Shown: positions 12,765 to 26,658, counted from the first letter of the stretch. The stretch: 64,000 nt of DNA from Octopus vulgaris (GCA_951406725.2 OX597833.1:36580001-36644000), one strand, 5' to 3'. Numbers and translations are program-made. Notes: a model not told the origin generated them from the letters alone.

Positions 12765-13205
12765 CATCATCATCATCATTGTTCGACCGTGGTCGAGACA
12801 GTGGAATTTACCATGCTACGTCATGGCATTACGGAGGTCCTGTTGCTGGATGCCTGTATCCCTGGAGATTACTTCAGGGTAGGAGAGTGTGCGCCCCCTG
12901 GTATCGCGAGTAGATGGCTTCCGGAGGAGAAGAGTAGAAATTACCTTGTTTTCAGCTCTACAACAATGTCCAACAAACTGGACTCTTCTACCTTTCACAT
13001 ATATTTGCATTTTGGTTGGATGGCGCTTCCACGAGAGATTTTGAGCTCTCATAAGGAGGCGAGTGTAGGTTCCATCCAACCGCCTCTCAAGCTTCTTTGA
13101 TAACGTCCAGGTTTCTGAGCCATATAGTAGAATTGGTTCGACTGTGGCTTTGAAGATTTCAAGTTTGAAGTCTCTACTTAGATTTGATGACCAGATCTTA
13201 TGCAT
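12765..13205 (-). mobile_element. 5'-truncated RTE-type LINE (ORF2 C-terminal region) with (GAT)n tail and 11-bp TSD
   Basis: KIWSSNLSRDFKLEIFKATVEPILLYGSETWTLSKKLERRLDGTYTRLL contains the RTE 'LLYGSETW' motif; (CAT)n on + at 12765-12779; GTCACTGATCT duplicated at 12754-12764 and 13206-13216. Confidence 0.92.
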
Positions 13206-13760
13206 GTCACTGATCTATGAGTGCGAGTAATCAAATAAATAGCCTTCAAGCATCCATTTTCCAGTTTGATGTGCCTGTCCTGCTTGGTATGCGGTGTTCT
13301 GTAAGTATTTAAGATAGTTAACTCTCAGAATGGTCCAGTATTCCCAGTTATAGTTATGCAAGGAGTTTGATTAATCAACAGGAAAAAAATTGAATCCCAA
13401 GAAAACAGAAGCAACCCCCAGCCTAAGCACGATGCATTTTTTTTCCGAATAAGGGCAACTCACCTTAGCACTCACCTGTATAATCTTATGAGTATAGATA
13501 TCCCACAGGCGCACTATAAATCAGATTTGAGTTGGTGTACCCATCAACACACGCACGTATGTATATATCAAAATGTGAGTGTGTGCGCAAGCGTGTATAT
13601 CCAGTATCGTGAGTATGGACAATAAAGACGAATAAATGATTATCAAATAACATCCACGATCAGTTCTTGATTTATTGAAACCATCGTATTTTGTTGTTTT
13701 TGGATAGAGAGAGAAGAGCAAACAAATACCGTCTGGCAGTTATACGACAAACGATAAACG

Positions 13761-14063
13761 TCGCCCTTTTCAAGCCTAACTAGGCTCATGGGACCGGTTT
13801 CCCGGTTTCTGTGGCGTATGTGTTCCCCCCAGCTGAACGGAACGCCAGTCCATCGCAGCGTTACTCAAGAAACAGGAAGAGAGGGTGAGAGAAAGTTGTG
13901 GCGAAAGAGTACAACAGGGGTCACCACCACCCCCTGGTGGAGCTTTTAGGTGTTTTCGCTTTTAGGTGTTTCGCTTTTAGGTGTTTTCCCGGTCTGGGAA
14001 TCGAAACCGCGATCCTCTGACCGCGAGTCCGCTGCCCTAAACACTGGGCCATTGCGCCTCCAC
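13761..14063 (-). mobile_element. tRNA-derived SINE with V-domain ('family C')
   Basis: Minus strand: A-box TGGCCCAGTGT, B-box-like GGTTTCGATTCCC, then CTGCGATGGACTGGCGTTCCGTTCAG...CACAGAAACCGG resembling the V-SINE domain; internal GCTTTTAGGTGTTT triplication. Confidence 0.75.
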
Positions 14064-14139
14064 TCTGGTAGTTATGGCTAACTTCAAAAGAAAAAGTGAG
14101 ATAATATCTATCTAGCAATCTAGCTCTTTCCACCTCCTC

Positions 14140-14141
<2 letters not shown>

Positions 14142-14183
<42 letters not shown>

Positions 14184-14240
14184 CAAACACACAAAGAGAG
14201 AGACAGAGACAGACAGAGACAGACAGACAGACAGACAGAC

Positions 14241-14296
<56 letters not shown>
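14142..14296. repeat. (TC)n, (GACA)n, (GATA)n compound microsatellite
   Basis: Directly visible. Confidence 0.95.
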
Positions 14297-14941
14297 TGCA
14301 CGCACACACAGGCACACATACATAAAATACGTATGTACATATGTATAAAATATGTATCGTGTATATAAGCACACATGCACACGCAGAATCATAATGAAAT
14401 GAGTGGAAGTTGTATCAGAACATGTATGATGAACACGTATATAAGTAAAGAAAAAGACAAATCAGGAAGCGGGACATGTACTGGAGTGTGAGCAGGGGAG
14501 GTTGTATAGTAGCCATTGAAGAGATGAGAGCGACGTTGGGGGAGAAGAGGAGGTGTATAGAGAAAGTGTGTGAAAAGTATTTTTAGAGGGTTCTGGGAGG
14601 GGTTTGAGTCGGAGGAGAAAAGAGGGAATAGGATAAGAGAGTAAAGAAAAGGCATAAGAAGGGGAAGGTGGTTGTGTGAAAGATGGACAAAAGGAGAAAC
14701 AAGAAGATGAAGAAACAGAGGTTTTGTACGATAGGGAGGATGAGAAAGAGTGGAAGAGGAGGATAAGACTAATAATGGGGGAGGGAGGAAGACAAAGAAA
14801 AGGAGAGAAGAATGAGGGATGGAAGAGAAAGGAGGAAGTAGTCAATTCGTGTGCATCTGTGAGCGTTGAATGTATTTGCATTTTTGTACGTGTGTGTGTG
14901 TGTCTGTGTCTGCGTGTGTCTCTTTGTGTGTGTGTGTGTGT

Positions 14942-14992
<51 letters not shown>

Positions 14993-15587
14993 TCTGTGTG
15001 TGTGTCTCTGTGTGTGTGTATGTGTGTGTGTGTGTGTATGTGTGTGTATCATTTTGTGAGTGTTTGAATGGCTGTATGAATGCGTGCGTGCTATGTGTGT
15101 TGGATAGCGTATGCTAGTGTGTCTGTATCTATATAGTTACGTGTGTGAGTGTGCGTGTGTGTTTATGTGCGTTTGTATGTATATGCTTGTACTCATGCGT
15201 CTATGTAAATTAGTTTGCTTTCTTTAATATTCGCTATCAATGGCGATGGCTCTCAGGAATGTCGCTTACCAGACAGCAGTCCCCCCCCACCCACCTTTAA
15301 CTATTTATCAAAAGTTTGTCTTGCTTACAGGCACACAGGCTGACACACAGACAGGCACGCAGACAGGTAAAGAGGCAGGTATGTAGACATGTCTATAGGA
15401 TGGCGTAGAAACAAACTGCCAGACAGTCAGCTATTCTGATTATCAGACAGCCAGACAAACAGTTGGTTAGGTAGGGGACTGGCTGAGTGGTTGTCTACAT
15501 AGATAGGCGGGTAAGTGGTTGTCTAGGGTGGTAGTTAGGAAGGTTGTTGAAGTTAGAAAATAGAGACAGGCAGATAAATAGGCAGAT

Positions 15588-15643
15588 ATGGATGGATGGA
15601 TGGATGGATGGATGGATGGATGGACAAACGGATAGACAAATAT

Positions 15644-15682
<39 letters not shown>

Positions 15683-15728
15683 AATAGATACACAGACAGC
15701 CAAATAGATAGACAGAGAGACAGACAAC

Positions 15729-15824
<96 letters not shown>

Positions 15825-15835
15825 CAGACAGACAC
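15588..15835. repeat. (GGAT)n/(GA)n/(GATA)n microsatellite cluster
   Basis: Directly visible. Confidence 0.95.
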
Positions 15836-15945
15836 AGAAAGAAAATCTGAAACAACAAAGATCATCATCATCTCTACAACCACAAATTCCGATACAGTCA
15901 TACCCACCACACTGAACATCCAGCAGCAGAATCGCCATCAATATT

Positions 15946-16151
15946 AAGCTGGCAGAATCGTTAGCACGCCGGGTGAAATGCTGGGCGGTATTTCGTTTGC
16001 CGCTACATTCTGAGTTCAAATTCCGCCGAGGTCCACTTTTCCTTTCATCATTTCGGGGTCGATTAAATAAGTACCAGTTACGCACTGGGATCGATTTAAT
16101 CCCTTTGTCTATTCCCTCTATGTTTAATCCCCTGTGGGCAATAAAGAAATA
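15946..16151 (+). mobile_element. tRNA-derived SINE family A (Meta/MESC-like central domain), tail type 1
   Basis: A-box TGGCAGAATCG, B-box GAGTTCAAATTCC, domain CCTTTCATC.TTTCGGGGTCGA.TAAATAAGTACCAG, end GTGGGCAATAAAGAAATA. Confidence 0.9.
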
Positions 16152-16361
16152 AATATTATAACTTCAGAAATTTCCATCATCATGAACAGCATCATCAATG
16201 TCCTCATCAGCGCTAGGATCACAGCATTCAATCAATGCCACCATAGTCATTATCATCGTAAACATCACTACCACTAGGCATCACCACCAACTTCAACAGC
16301 ACCAGAGCTCCTGATACGAAATTCATTCTGACTCTAAAAGGCGGGAAAGTTATCTGGAGAA

Positions 16362-16425
<64 letters not shown>

Positions 16426-17027
16426 AGTGAGAAGGACTAAATAGATAGTGCGAGGGGAGGGACACACACACACACTATATATATATATATAAATGTATTG
16501 AATTTCGGGATGGTCATTTTTATTTATTTATTTATTTATTCATTTATTTATTTATTTATGCCAAATAAACACACGCATTACATATTTGTTCTTCAGTCAT
16601 TTACTACTGTTCATTATTTTTTTCAACTCATGTCCATTCATTGGCCGGAAATCTTTCGTCACACATCTGTGACCTCTTCAACGACACTTTTCGTTTTCGT
16701 GTGTGCTCTTGCTCCACTTACTCCATCATGCTGCACAAACTGATAAATGTATACACACACACACACACACGCACACACACACACACACATATATATACAC
16801 ACATACATATTGCTTCAAAAGTAATCTACGCAATGAAGTGCCGGCACACGGCTGTTGCTGGATCATATATATTTATGTAATCATTTAATCATTTATAAAA
16901 TAATTTTCTATAATGCTATGAATATTAAAACTCACCAACTTCAAGCTGCTGTCATTGCACAGAAACAAATGCTATAATATGTAATTAAATCCTGTTTATT
17001 CCATCTTCTATTAATTTCATGTGAGTG

Positions 17028-17102
<75 letters not shown>

Positions 17103-17104
17103 AT

Positions 17105-17265
17105 GCACGACGGGCTTGTTTTCGTTTCTGTGTACCAAATAAACTCACAAGGCTTCGGTTAAACTGAGCCTATAGTAGAAGACACTTGTCAACGATGCCA
17201 CACCGTGAGACTGAACGTGAAATCATGTGGTTGGGAAGTAAACGGCTTGGCACACAACCATACCT
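17105..17265 (-). mobile_element. SINE family B, 5' half
   Basis: cgacgggcttgttttcgtttc...tagtagaagacacttg...catgtggttgggaag, homologous to the 47477 copy. Confidence 0.8.
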
Positions 17266-17859
17266 ATGTGTGTGTGAGGAGTGGATGGATGGATGGATGG
17301 ATGGATGGATGGATGGATGGATGGATGGAATTGGGGCGGAGCAGTTGAATATCCATGTATGGTATCATAGATAAGAAAGTGATAGAAAGTAAGAAGAGGA
17401 TAATAGTGTTGAACGGGGCATAGTTACGAAAGATTTTCCAAAGAGAAAGGACAGGAAGATCAATGATATACATATAAGGGACACTAAAGATGTTGATCTC
17501 AGAGTTATGTTCAGTATCCTCGAATGCGAATTGTCTTCAGTTCGATACCAGTTCAAAACTAAAATCGTAATGGCAAACCTTTAACAGAACGTGAATTAAG
17601 TTTTTCTTTAATATCTCGAAGCGCACGCATAAAGCTATGAGTATTGATATGTAAACTACGACATTTTCCATCTAAAGTTGTTTATTAACTCAATATTTAC
17701 TTGCTGTTATTTAAAGGATTATGTGTGTGCTTCAAGATATTCCAAAAAAAAAAATGTATAAATATATATCCCTATACACATATATATGTGTATGTGTGCA
17801 TATGTTTATTGTTATGTATACATGCATGTATATATGTGTTTATATATATATATATACAA

Positions 17860-18077
17860 GGCGGTGAGCTGGCAGAAACGTTAGCACGCCGGGCGAAATG
17901 CGTAGCCGTATTTCGTCTGCCGTTACGTTCTGAGTTCAAATTCCGCCGAGGTGGACTTTGCCTTTCATCCTTTCGAGGTCGATAAATAAAGTACCAGTTA
18001 CGCACTGGTGTCGATGTAATTGACTTAATCCCTTTGTCTGTCCTCTATGTTTAGCCCCTTGTGGGCAGTAAAGAAAT
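17860..18077 (+). mobile_element. SINE family A, full length
   Basis: GGCGGTGAGCTGGCAGAAACG...GAGTTCAAATTCC...GTGGGCAGTAAAGAAATA. Confidence 0.92.
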
Positions 18078-18399
18078 ATATATATATATATATACACACA
18101 CACACCTAATACATAAGTAATGCATGCATACAAACACATGAACATGAACTGTATATTCCTATTCTAAAGTTTTATGATTTTAACTGGAAGATGTACATTA
18201 TTCAAGAATCATTTTCGTGTTCTTTAGACCAAGGATGACACTGGTCAAGGACTCCTACGCTCAACCACACTCTAGAAGTGATCATCTCGTCTATCCAGAC
18301 ATAGTGATAAATGATCGACATCTCTCAAGAGCAGCGAGCATGAATAGTTGTTGTCGCAGCCTTCGTCGTTGTAATTTACCCGAGATCAGTACTAAATGA

Positions 18400-18565
18400 G
18401 CTGATTTATGATTGAAAGCATTTCGTCAGTTAACATTCTATGTTTGTCCAAGGAAATCATGCATGTATTATCTAACATGTCTTTTCCTAAAACAAGGAAG
18501 TATTGGTTTCATAGCGATTTAGCTGATGCTTCTACCAAGTTGAGCGAACAAGTGGTGTTCCCTCA
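18400..18565 (-). mobile_element. degenerate family E fragment
   Basis: ttatgattgaaagcatttc...gatttagctgatgcttctaccaagttgagcgaac. Confidence 0.35.
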
Positions 18566-19938
18566 TTGGCTCACAGGATTGTCAGCAATAAGATATTATG
18601 ATTATGTTACACATGTGTGAACTATATCGTAAATAAAACCAATATAATTGTTTTTATTTTACTTACAGTTCGTTTTGTGTTCACATAATTCACTTTCGTT
18701 GCATCCAGTCGAACCAATTCCTTTTGTTGATATATATCACCATAGCAATCGCTTTACAATCGAATTATTAGGTTCTTCAATTTCCTTTGATATTCTTCAA
18801 TTACCCAAGCTTAGACAGATCCATACGTCCGTCAATGCTTTTCAAATACTTTGAATTACTAAACGATAACAACTAAGGTTACAAGGGTTAAAGAAAAATT
18901 TCATTGTGTAAATCTCTGGCTAATGTAAATGATAATGAAGTCATACAATATGGCGTCCATTCACAGCTTGATTCAAAACTAACGTTTTACAAATTTCATA
19001 TAGAATATAGATTTATTTATTGAAAAATTTTATACAATTACTAATAAGATAAAGATACACCAGATTCTGAATTTTAACTATAATTCATTGAAATGGTAAG
19101 AATAACTTGAATACATTTCGCTCTTTTGATATCGGTTATTTGTAAACATGAAATGCTTTCATTTCAACTCCTAATGAAAACGGAGGCTCTATCGAATTAA
19201 ATAAATCATTTATTTTGTTAGATTTCGTTAAAATTTCTACTAAAAAAAATGACAAAATATCTTATGCAGTTAACTGAAATGGACTTTATTTGCAGATGCA
19301 ATTAACCGGTCATTTTTACATACATTCGATGCCAAACGATTTGGTATTTTCAAAAGTTATGCAATTAACCTGATTATAAAATTATCCTATATGCAATTAT
19401 GCGAAATGGCCTTTCTCTCTCTCTCTCTCTCTCTCTCTCCTCTCTTTCTCTCTCTCCATCTCTCTCTCTCTCTCTCTTCCTCTCTTTCTCTCTCTCCATC
19501 TCTCTCTCTCCATACATGTATTCATACGCATTTCACATACATATCGCTTTAAGGAAAAGCCTTTTAGATCAAATTTACTAGGTTATACATTCTGTGCGTG
19601 TTTGCGCGCGCGCGCGTATGTGGTGTGTGTGTGTGTGTATGTGTTTGTGTGCATGCATACGTGTGTGTGCGTCTGTGTATGCACTTGTGTGGCTCCATAA
19701 TATTTATACACACACACACACATATATATATATATTGTTTATCTAGTTCGGTTCAGGTGTCTGTCAGTGTGAAGTTTCCACAGCCTGCAATCACTTCTTC
19801 AGACAAGTCAATCTGAGCCTAGTTTGACTTGGCTGTACGCTGTGGAAGGTTCATTGTAAGAGCTGACTGGTCTGGCCTATATAAACTACTGAACTACGTT
19901 TGTACAGTTCATTTCTCTTGATCATTACTTAGCGACTG

Positions 19939-19969
<31 letters not shown>

Positions 19970-20718
19970 TGTATGTATGTATGTATGTATGTATGTATGT
20001 ATGTATGTGTGTGTGTGTGTGTGTGTGTAAACTTTTGCTGATTAACCATGAGGCGAGAAATTATAGAACTCAATACATAAATATAAGGTGCTCTAAATTG
20101 CCAGCTCCCTGAATGTCACATTTATTCTCTTCTGGTAAAGCGAGCATGTTTTCTCTTAAATTACCTGATATTTGAATATATTTGAAACATTATACATAAA
20201 GTAGGTTCTTTGACGCTTTCGAGTTCCTTATTTCTGGCTTTCGTTAGAATATTCTAAATCTTTCACAACAGCGGTTTCTCTAAGAACTCTTTCCTTCAGA
20301 CCTTCCGTTGGTATTTAAAGCAATTTTTGAAGCATACTTCTCAACCAACTGTTTTTCTCCGAACCAGATCGAAAAGGAATGAGGTTGGTACTTATACAAA
20401 TGGTACTTTGCTCCAAGTGCTAATAATTCTGTTTCTTTGTTCAAACCGTTATTTCCTTGAAATGAAATTCTTAATTTTTCGCTCAGAAGTCACCCAATAA
20501 TTTTTTTTTAATCTGAAGCTATTGTTATGGTTGTGCCTTATCTACAATCGCTCAGGTGATCCTAAATGCATAATGACTTGCCTCACGTAAGTACCATATA
20601 AATTTTAACAAAACTGAAGAGCATTGTTTTAATCAGTAGTTATAAAATATACATACTTTGAGTACATTTCATGTTGCCTGTTTCTTCTTTAGCGCCGTAA
20701 CTATCAATTTTGCTGAAC

Positions 20719-21148
20719 AGTTACCATCTACCCGCATGGTTCATGGTCTCAAAAATTTGTCCTATGAAGAAAGGCTGAGGACGCTCGACCTTTATTCTCT
20801 AGAAAAACGCCGCCGCCGTGGTGATCTCATTCTCGCCCACAACATCATAAGCGGAAAGCGTAACCTCTCGAAAGAGCTGCTCTTCACTCCTGCTCCAGAG
20901 CGTCGGCTGCGGGGCCATTCCGAAAAGCTCTACCTGCGACGATTTCATCTCAATCGAAGGAGAGGAGCTTTCTCCGTCCGGGTTGCGGATCCGTGGAACA
21001 AGCTGCCAGACGAGATGGTGAAGATGCCGACGACCGCTTTGTTCAAAGCCTCCCTTGACCTCAAGTGGCCTGAACTCTACATGAACACCACCCTGTACTT
21101 AACTCCATGTCCCCCTACATGGCCTTGCTATTTGCTTTTGAGCCAAAT

Positions 21149-21202
<54 letters not shown>
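20719..21202 (+). mobile_element. 5'-truncated CR1-clade LINE 3' end with (TAAC)n tail
   Basis: TRMVHGLKNLSYEERLRTLDLYSLEKRRRRGDLI...LRGHSEKL...FSVRVADPWNKLP matches the CR1 ORF2 C-terminal consensus (LSYEERL..L..RRLRGDLI, TRGH..KL, FS.RV...WN.LP); uninterrupted frame; (TAAC)n at 21149-21202. Confidence 0.93.
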
Positions 21203-21559
21203 GTGGGCAATTCTTACGATGCATGATTGGTGTTGGTCAGCTGCTTCGTCTTGTTTTATTTAACCTTCCAATATTGTAACCTCTGCGAAATTCTTACTAG
21301 TTAAATAACTAGAATTAACGTAGATCTTATTTAATATCTTACTATGACAGTGAGTGTGTAAGTAAAGGAATATATATTGAAGGTTCAATGAAAGGATAGA
21401 CGTGCTTGTGGCTGAGTGCACGTGGTGGGGTTCATGTGTAAGCGTGTATGTGTGTCAAACCGCACTGAAATAAAATTCAGAGTTTTAATGTTATGCATAC
21501 GATTAAAACCAACCGGGGAAAGAGTGAGAACCCGGACACATATTCTCAGGTGTTTGGAA

Positions 21560-22395
21560 TGTTAGGTATAACATCTGGACTAGATGGTCTCAGATGCAAA
21601 ACTATCACAGGTTACGTAGAAAATCAAGAGTAGCTTTGATTGCTGATATATGGTCTCTTATGTATCGCTATAACAGGATCGGTAGAACATCTGGTTTAGC
21701 TGTAAGTGTTGCAAGATATAGTCAGGAGTATAACTATGAAAGATTAGGTAGAATGTCTGGATGGATATTATAAGGGGCACAACCGTCAATGGTTAGGTAA
21801 AACACTTGCAAAATAGCTGTGATTATGAATAGATGGTCTAAAGTGTATAACTGTGAGAGAAGAGAAAATAACTGGTACTAGCTGCGATTACAAATAGATG
21901 GACTCAAGTATAACATCTAGTAAAGACGAGATAGAACAACTGGTGATTTAAATGATTCTTGGTATATGGACGCATACGACGGAATAGGAGAAATACATTG
22001 TGACAGCAGTCGATGTTAATAAATGAACCCAGAAGATTAAACAGCAGTGATTGTTCATATATGTTCCTACGCAAAGAAGGACAGTAAACCATTTGATGAT
22101 AACGATAATTACTCCCAGACACCCGTATTGAAGTACTATGACAGAATATGCAAACAAAAAAAAAATGCATAGATGAGTCCAGATAAGAATTTATGCTAAT
22201 TTAGAACTTATGGAAAGTTTCAGATGATGACGTGTGGCACGACAGATGAACTGTGCAGAGCAGTGATTAACTATATAATTATGCGAGGACCTTTCTTTGG
22301 TTAGAACATCTAGAGATAGCATTGATTGCTGGTACGTGATCTTAGGCGATGACCTGATACGTTAAAACATTTAGCAGTGATTACAGATTGACAGT
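21560..22395. repeat. decayed minisatellite-like array
   Basis: Recurrent ggtagaacatctgg / tagctgtgatta / atagatgg motifs. Confidence 0.45.
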
Positions 22396-23058
22396 TATCC
22401 TCAATGCAAAAAAGATCGCTGTCTTCAACAGCCGGAGAAAGTCAACGATCACCATTTAGCGGGAATCTTTTATCCACCACTTCAACACCGGAGCATCACA
22501 GTGACTATAAGTTCTCCCACCTACCAAATAAGTTCTCCCACCTACCAAAAGCCTCTGCGCTTTTCACCTCCTAACATCTCTAACAGTTCGAACACTCTCT
22601 CCTTCTCGTATTTTATCACTTGTTTCACTCTAAAAGACATATTAAACCACAGTATCTAAGTTTTCAGAGCATGGCTAAATGCATGATTACACGTTCGTAA
22701 ATTTACTTCGTATTTATACTTAGCCAATAGCTATATAGTGCTTCTATTAATTAATTAATTTACCTTCACAAAGTTTGCACTATTATCCAATTATGACAAA
22801 CCACAGAGCTTCAGTCCAAGCGTGCATGCACTATAAATAACTATAAGCTACTATTCTCCGAATGAATAACCTATCACGAGGAAGATTTATCAAAAGCTGA
22901 ATCTAGTATCAACGATCACTTTTAGTAGACTCGGTGAATGAAAAAATGTGACTTTACTTTTTCACAACATAGTGAAAGTACGCAATTGGAAACACACGCT
23001 CGTAAGTTTACCTTACATTTATATTTTTCTTAACATTGCGTAGGTTTCTATATGTATG

Positions 23059-23091
<33 letters not shown>

Positions 23092-23560
23092 ATGTGTCTG
23101 TCTATCTGTGTATGTATGTATGTATGTATGTATGTATGTGTGCATGTGCACAAAAACGCACAATTACATACGCACACATTTATAAAATAAACACAAGTAA
23201 TGTCAAGTGAAAATACAAGATTTTCATATCAAAGTAGGTATATATGCTTTTATATGTAGGTATACATGTATAGCGAATTTGGCGTCTTATACGCTGGCAT
23301 ATACGCTATATACGCAAACATATACATATGAATATATACATACACACACACACACACATAAGTGTGTCTGGATGTATGTATGTATGTATGTATGTATGTA
23401 TGCACAGTTACATAAAGCCAGCTACATGCATACCAACATTTATATATATATGTGTGTGTGTGTATATATATGGATATGTATGTGTATGTGTATGTATGTA
23501 TGTATGACTGTATGTATGTATACATGCATTTATGTATACATGTATGTATGTATGCATGTA

Positions 23561-23764
23561 TTCTTTTATTATTTTACTTGCTTTAGTCATTTCACTGCGG
23601 TTATGCTGAAGCACCGCCTTTAGTCGAACAAATCGGTCCCAAGGCTTATTCTTTGTAATCCTAGTACTTATTCTATCGGTCTCTTTTCCTGAAACGCTAA
23701 GTTAAGGAGACGTAAATACACCAATATCGGTTGTCAAGCACAGACACACAAATACATACGTACG

Positions 23765-23836
<72 letters not shown>

Positions 23837-23998
23837 CGGCAGTCTTCTTTCAGTTTCCGTTTACCAAATCCACTCACAAGGCTTTTGTCGGCCCTAGGCT
23901 ATAGTAGAAGACACTTGCCGAAGGTGCCAAGCAGTGGATTGAAGCCGGAACTATGTACTGGGAAGCAAGCTTCTTAACCCACAGCAAATCGTGAGCCT
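23561..23998 (-). mobile_element. SINE family B (tRNA head, CORE-like segment, internal microsatellite), near full length
   Basis: Reverse complement of the 47477-47885 copy with an expanded internal (CA)n. Confidence 0.88.
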
Positions 23999-24082
23999 AT
24001 GTATATAGTTGTTTATGTTTTGTTCAAGAGAATTACCAAATATTTAGTGACAGGTGACAGATAGATAGATAGATAGATAGAG

Positions 24083-24157
<75 letters not shown>

Positions 24158-24179
24158 CAGACATACAGATATATAGAAT

Positions 24180-24365
24180 CCTTTATTCTTTAATTCTTTT
24201 ACTTGTTTTAGTCACAAAACTGTGGTTATGCTGGAGCACTGCTTAGAAGAATTTTGGCCGAAAGAATCGACCCCAGTATTCATGTTCGCCCGAGGCACTT
24301 GACAAGGTGCCACTTAGTGGGACTGAGCCGAGAACGATGTGGTTGGGAAGGAAACTTCTTACTAC
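24180..24365 (-). mobile_element. SINE family B, internally deleted (tail joined to head)
   Basis: ttcttttacttgttttagtcac...gaatcgaccccagta followed by aaggtgccac...gtgggactga...tgtggttgggaag. Confidence 0.7.
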
Positions 24366-24438
24366 ACACACACACCTGCACACACAGACACACATATATA
24401 TACATGCATACATTACAATCCTATGTATGTATAAAAGC

Positions 24439-24517
<79 letters not shown>

Positions 24518-24531
24518 TCGTGTGTGTGTAT

Positions 24532-24627
<96 letters not shown>

Positions 24628-25076
24628 CTACATATAAATACATATATATATATATATATATATCCATATACTTACACACATACAAGCATGCACACACATA
24701 TATTCACACATTACATTCATATATATACTCATATATACCAACTCATATGCATGTATACTAGCCACACAAACACACACACACACATTCACACACACACACA
24801 CACACACCATATGCATATCTGAGAGTTAAACTAAGAATATAAATGACTGAAATTTACAGTCAATTAAACTACAATACAATGTGTCTGTAGTTTATTTGAT
24901 TGAAGGACAAAAATAATCGTCGTGGAAAGCAATGCTGGATATGTGGCGAACAAGTGTATGTGTGTTTGTATTTGTATGTCCGTGCATCTCTCCATATAGG
25001 TGTGTGTCGGCACGACTTTGTGGCTTGTGCTGAGGCAAAAAAAAATTACCGATACATACGCCGGTTCAACATATTT

Positions 25077-25883
25077 AATTCTTTATTGCCCACGGGGGGG
25101 CTAAACATAGAGGGGACAAACAAGGACAGACAAAGGGATTAAGTCGATTACATCGACCCCAGTTCGTAACTGGTACTTATTTAATCGACCCCGAAAGGAT
25201 GAAGGGCAAAGTCGACCTGGAAGGAATTTGAACACAGAACGTCGCGGCAGACAAAATATCGCTAAGCATTTCGCCCGGTGTGTCAACGTTTCTGCCAGCT
25301 CGACGCCTTGAGGTTCAAAATTATATTCTTTTCCTCTCTAGGCACAAGGCCCGAAATTTTGAGGGAAGGGGCCAGTCGATTAGATCGACCTCAGTACGCA
25401 ACTGGTAATTTAACGATCTCAAAAGGATGAAAGTCAACCTCGGCGGTATTTGAACTCAGAACGTAAAGACAGACGAAATACCGCTAAGAATTTCGCCCGG
25501 CGTGGTAACGTTTCTTATTTCTTTATTGCCCACAAGGAGCTAAACATAGAGAGGACAAACAGACGAAGGGATTAAGGTACTTAATTTATTGACCTGGAAA
25601 GGATGAAAGGAAAAGTCGACCTCGGCGGAATTTGAACCGCTAAGCATTTCTATTTCTTTACTACCCACAAGGAGCTAAACACAGAGAGGATAAACAAGGA
25701 CAGATAAACGGATTAAGTCGACTATATCGACCCCAGCGCGCAAATGGTACTTATTTAATCGACCCCGAAAGGATGAAAGGCAAAGTCGACCTCGGTGGAA
25801 TTTGAACCCAGAACGTAGTGGCAGACGGAATACTGCTAAGCATTTCGCCTGGCGTGCTAACGATTCTGCCAGCTCGCCGCCTT
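25077..25883 (-). mobile_element. head-to-tail cluster of four SINE family A copies
   Basis: Copies at ~25077-25309 (full), ~25325-25514 (tail type 2, 5'-clipped), ~25516-25650 (deleted), ~25651-25883 (full). Confidence 0.9.
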
Positions 25884-26214
25884 AAGGTTGAACATTATAT
25901 TATGAAATACACGTAACAGTGAATTCGATGTGTGAGCAAGTGTGAGAAAGAGAGGATAATGTACGTTACTTTCTGTGTATGTACTGGTACCTAAATTTAC
26001 GCGCAAAAAATTACCATGTGCATATGTGTTAACTACCATGTGTCACCATGTGCGTATGCGTTCTGCGTGTGTGAGCGCGTGTGTAGGACATGTGTCTGCG
26101 ATGTTTGTATGTGATTTACATGTTTTCGTGCATTTGGAATTGGTGTCAAGTGTGTGTGTGAGTTAATGGGTGTCTTTCCACAGACAGACAGACAGACAGA
26201 CAGACAGATCGATC

Positions 26215-26285
<71 letters not shown>

Positions 26286-26658
26286 GCAAGTTTCTGTTGT
26301 GTGTGTATCATTAATATTTCTATTGCAATATATTGATGATACTATAGCAGTATTGCAATAAAATTCACACAGTAGTACACATCCATCTGTGTGTGTGTGT
26401 GTGTATGTGTGTGTGTGTGTAGTAATACTCGCCTTAGTATTACTACACACACTCAGAAGAGTTATATATTACATTTGAAACAGAAGTTAGCCAGAAATTA
26501 CATAAGACGAATCCTAACACTCCGAGTAAAACAACCACAGTTCACATTCTGCTCAAGACATCAACTAGTACAAGACGTACTATAAGATATTCTACATGAA
26601 AGAATAGACGAAAGCTTGTGAGCATCATTCTGTGTCTGGGGGGTCCATCCATCCATCC

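Noticed and set aside
13985-14063. tRNA-like sequence
   Set aside because: Has A/B boxes but no complete cloverleaf and continues into a SINE body; the same applies to the heads of SINE A, B and D.
20658-20718. N-terminal part of the 165-aa ORF, resembling a signal peptide
   Set aside because: Chance read-through from flanking DNA into the truncated CR1 frame.
22508-22549. Perfect 21-bp tandem duplication TAAGTTCTCCCACCTACCAAA
   Set aside because: Ordinary local slippage or repair duplication with no further structure.
25077-25883. Repeat-spacer-like periodicity (CRISPR-like)
   Set aside because: Units are ~135-235-bp SINE copies in eukaryotic DNA, with no unique spacers or cas genes.
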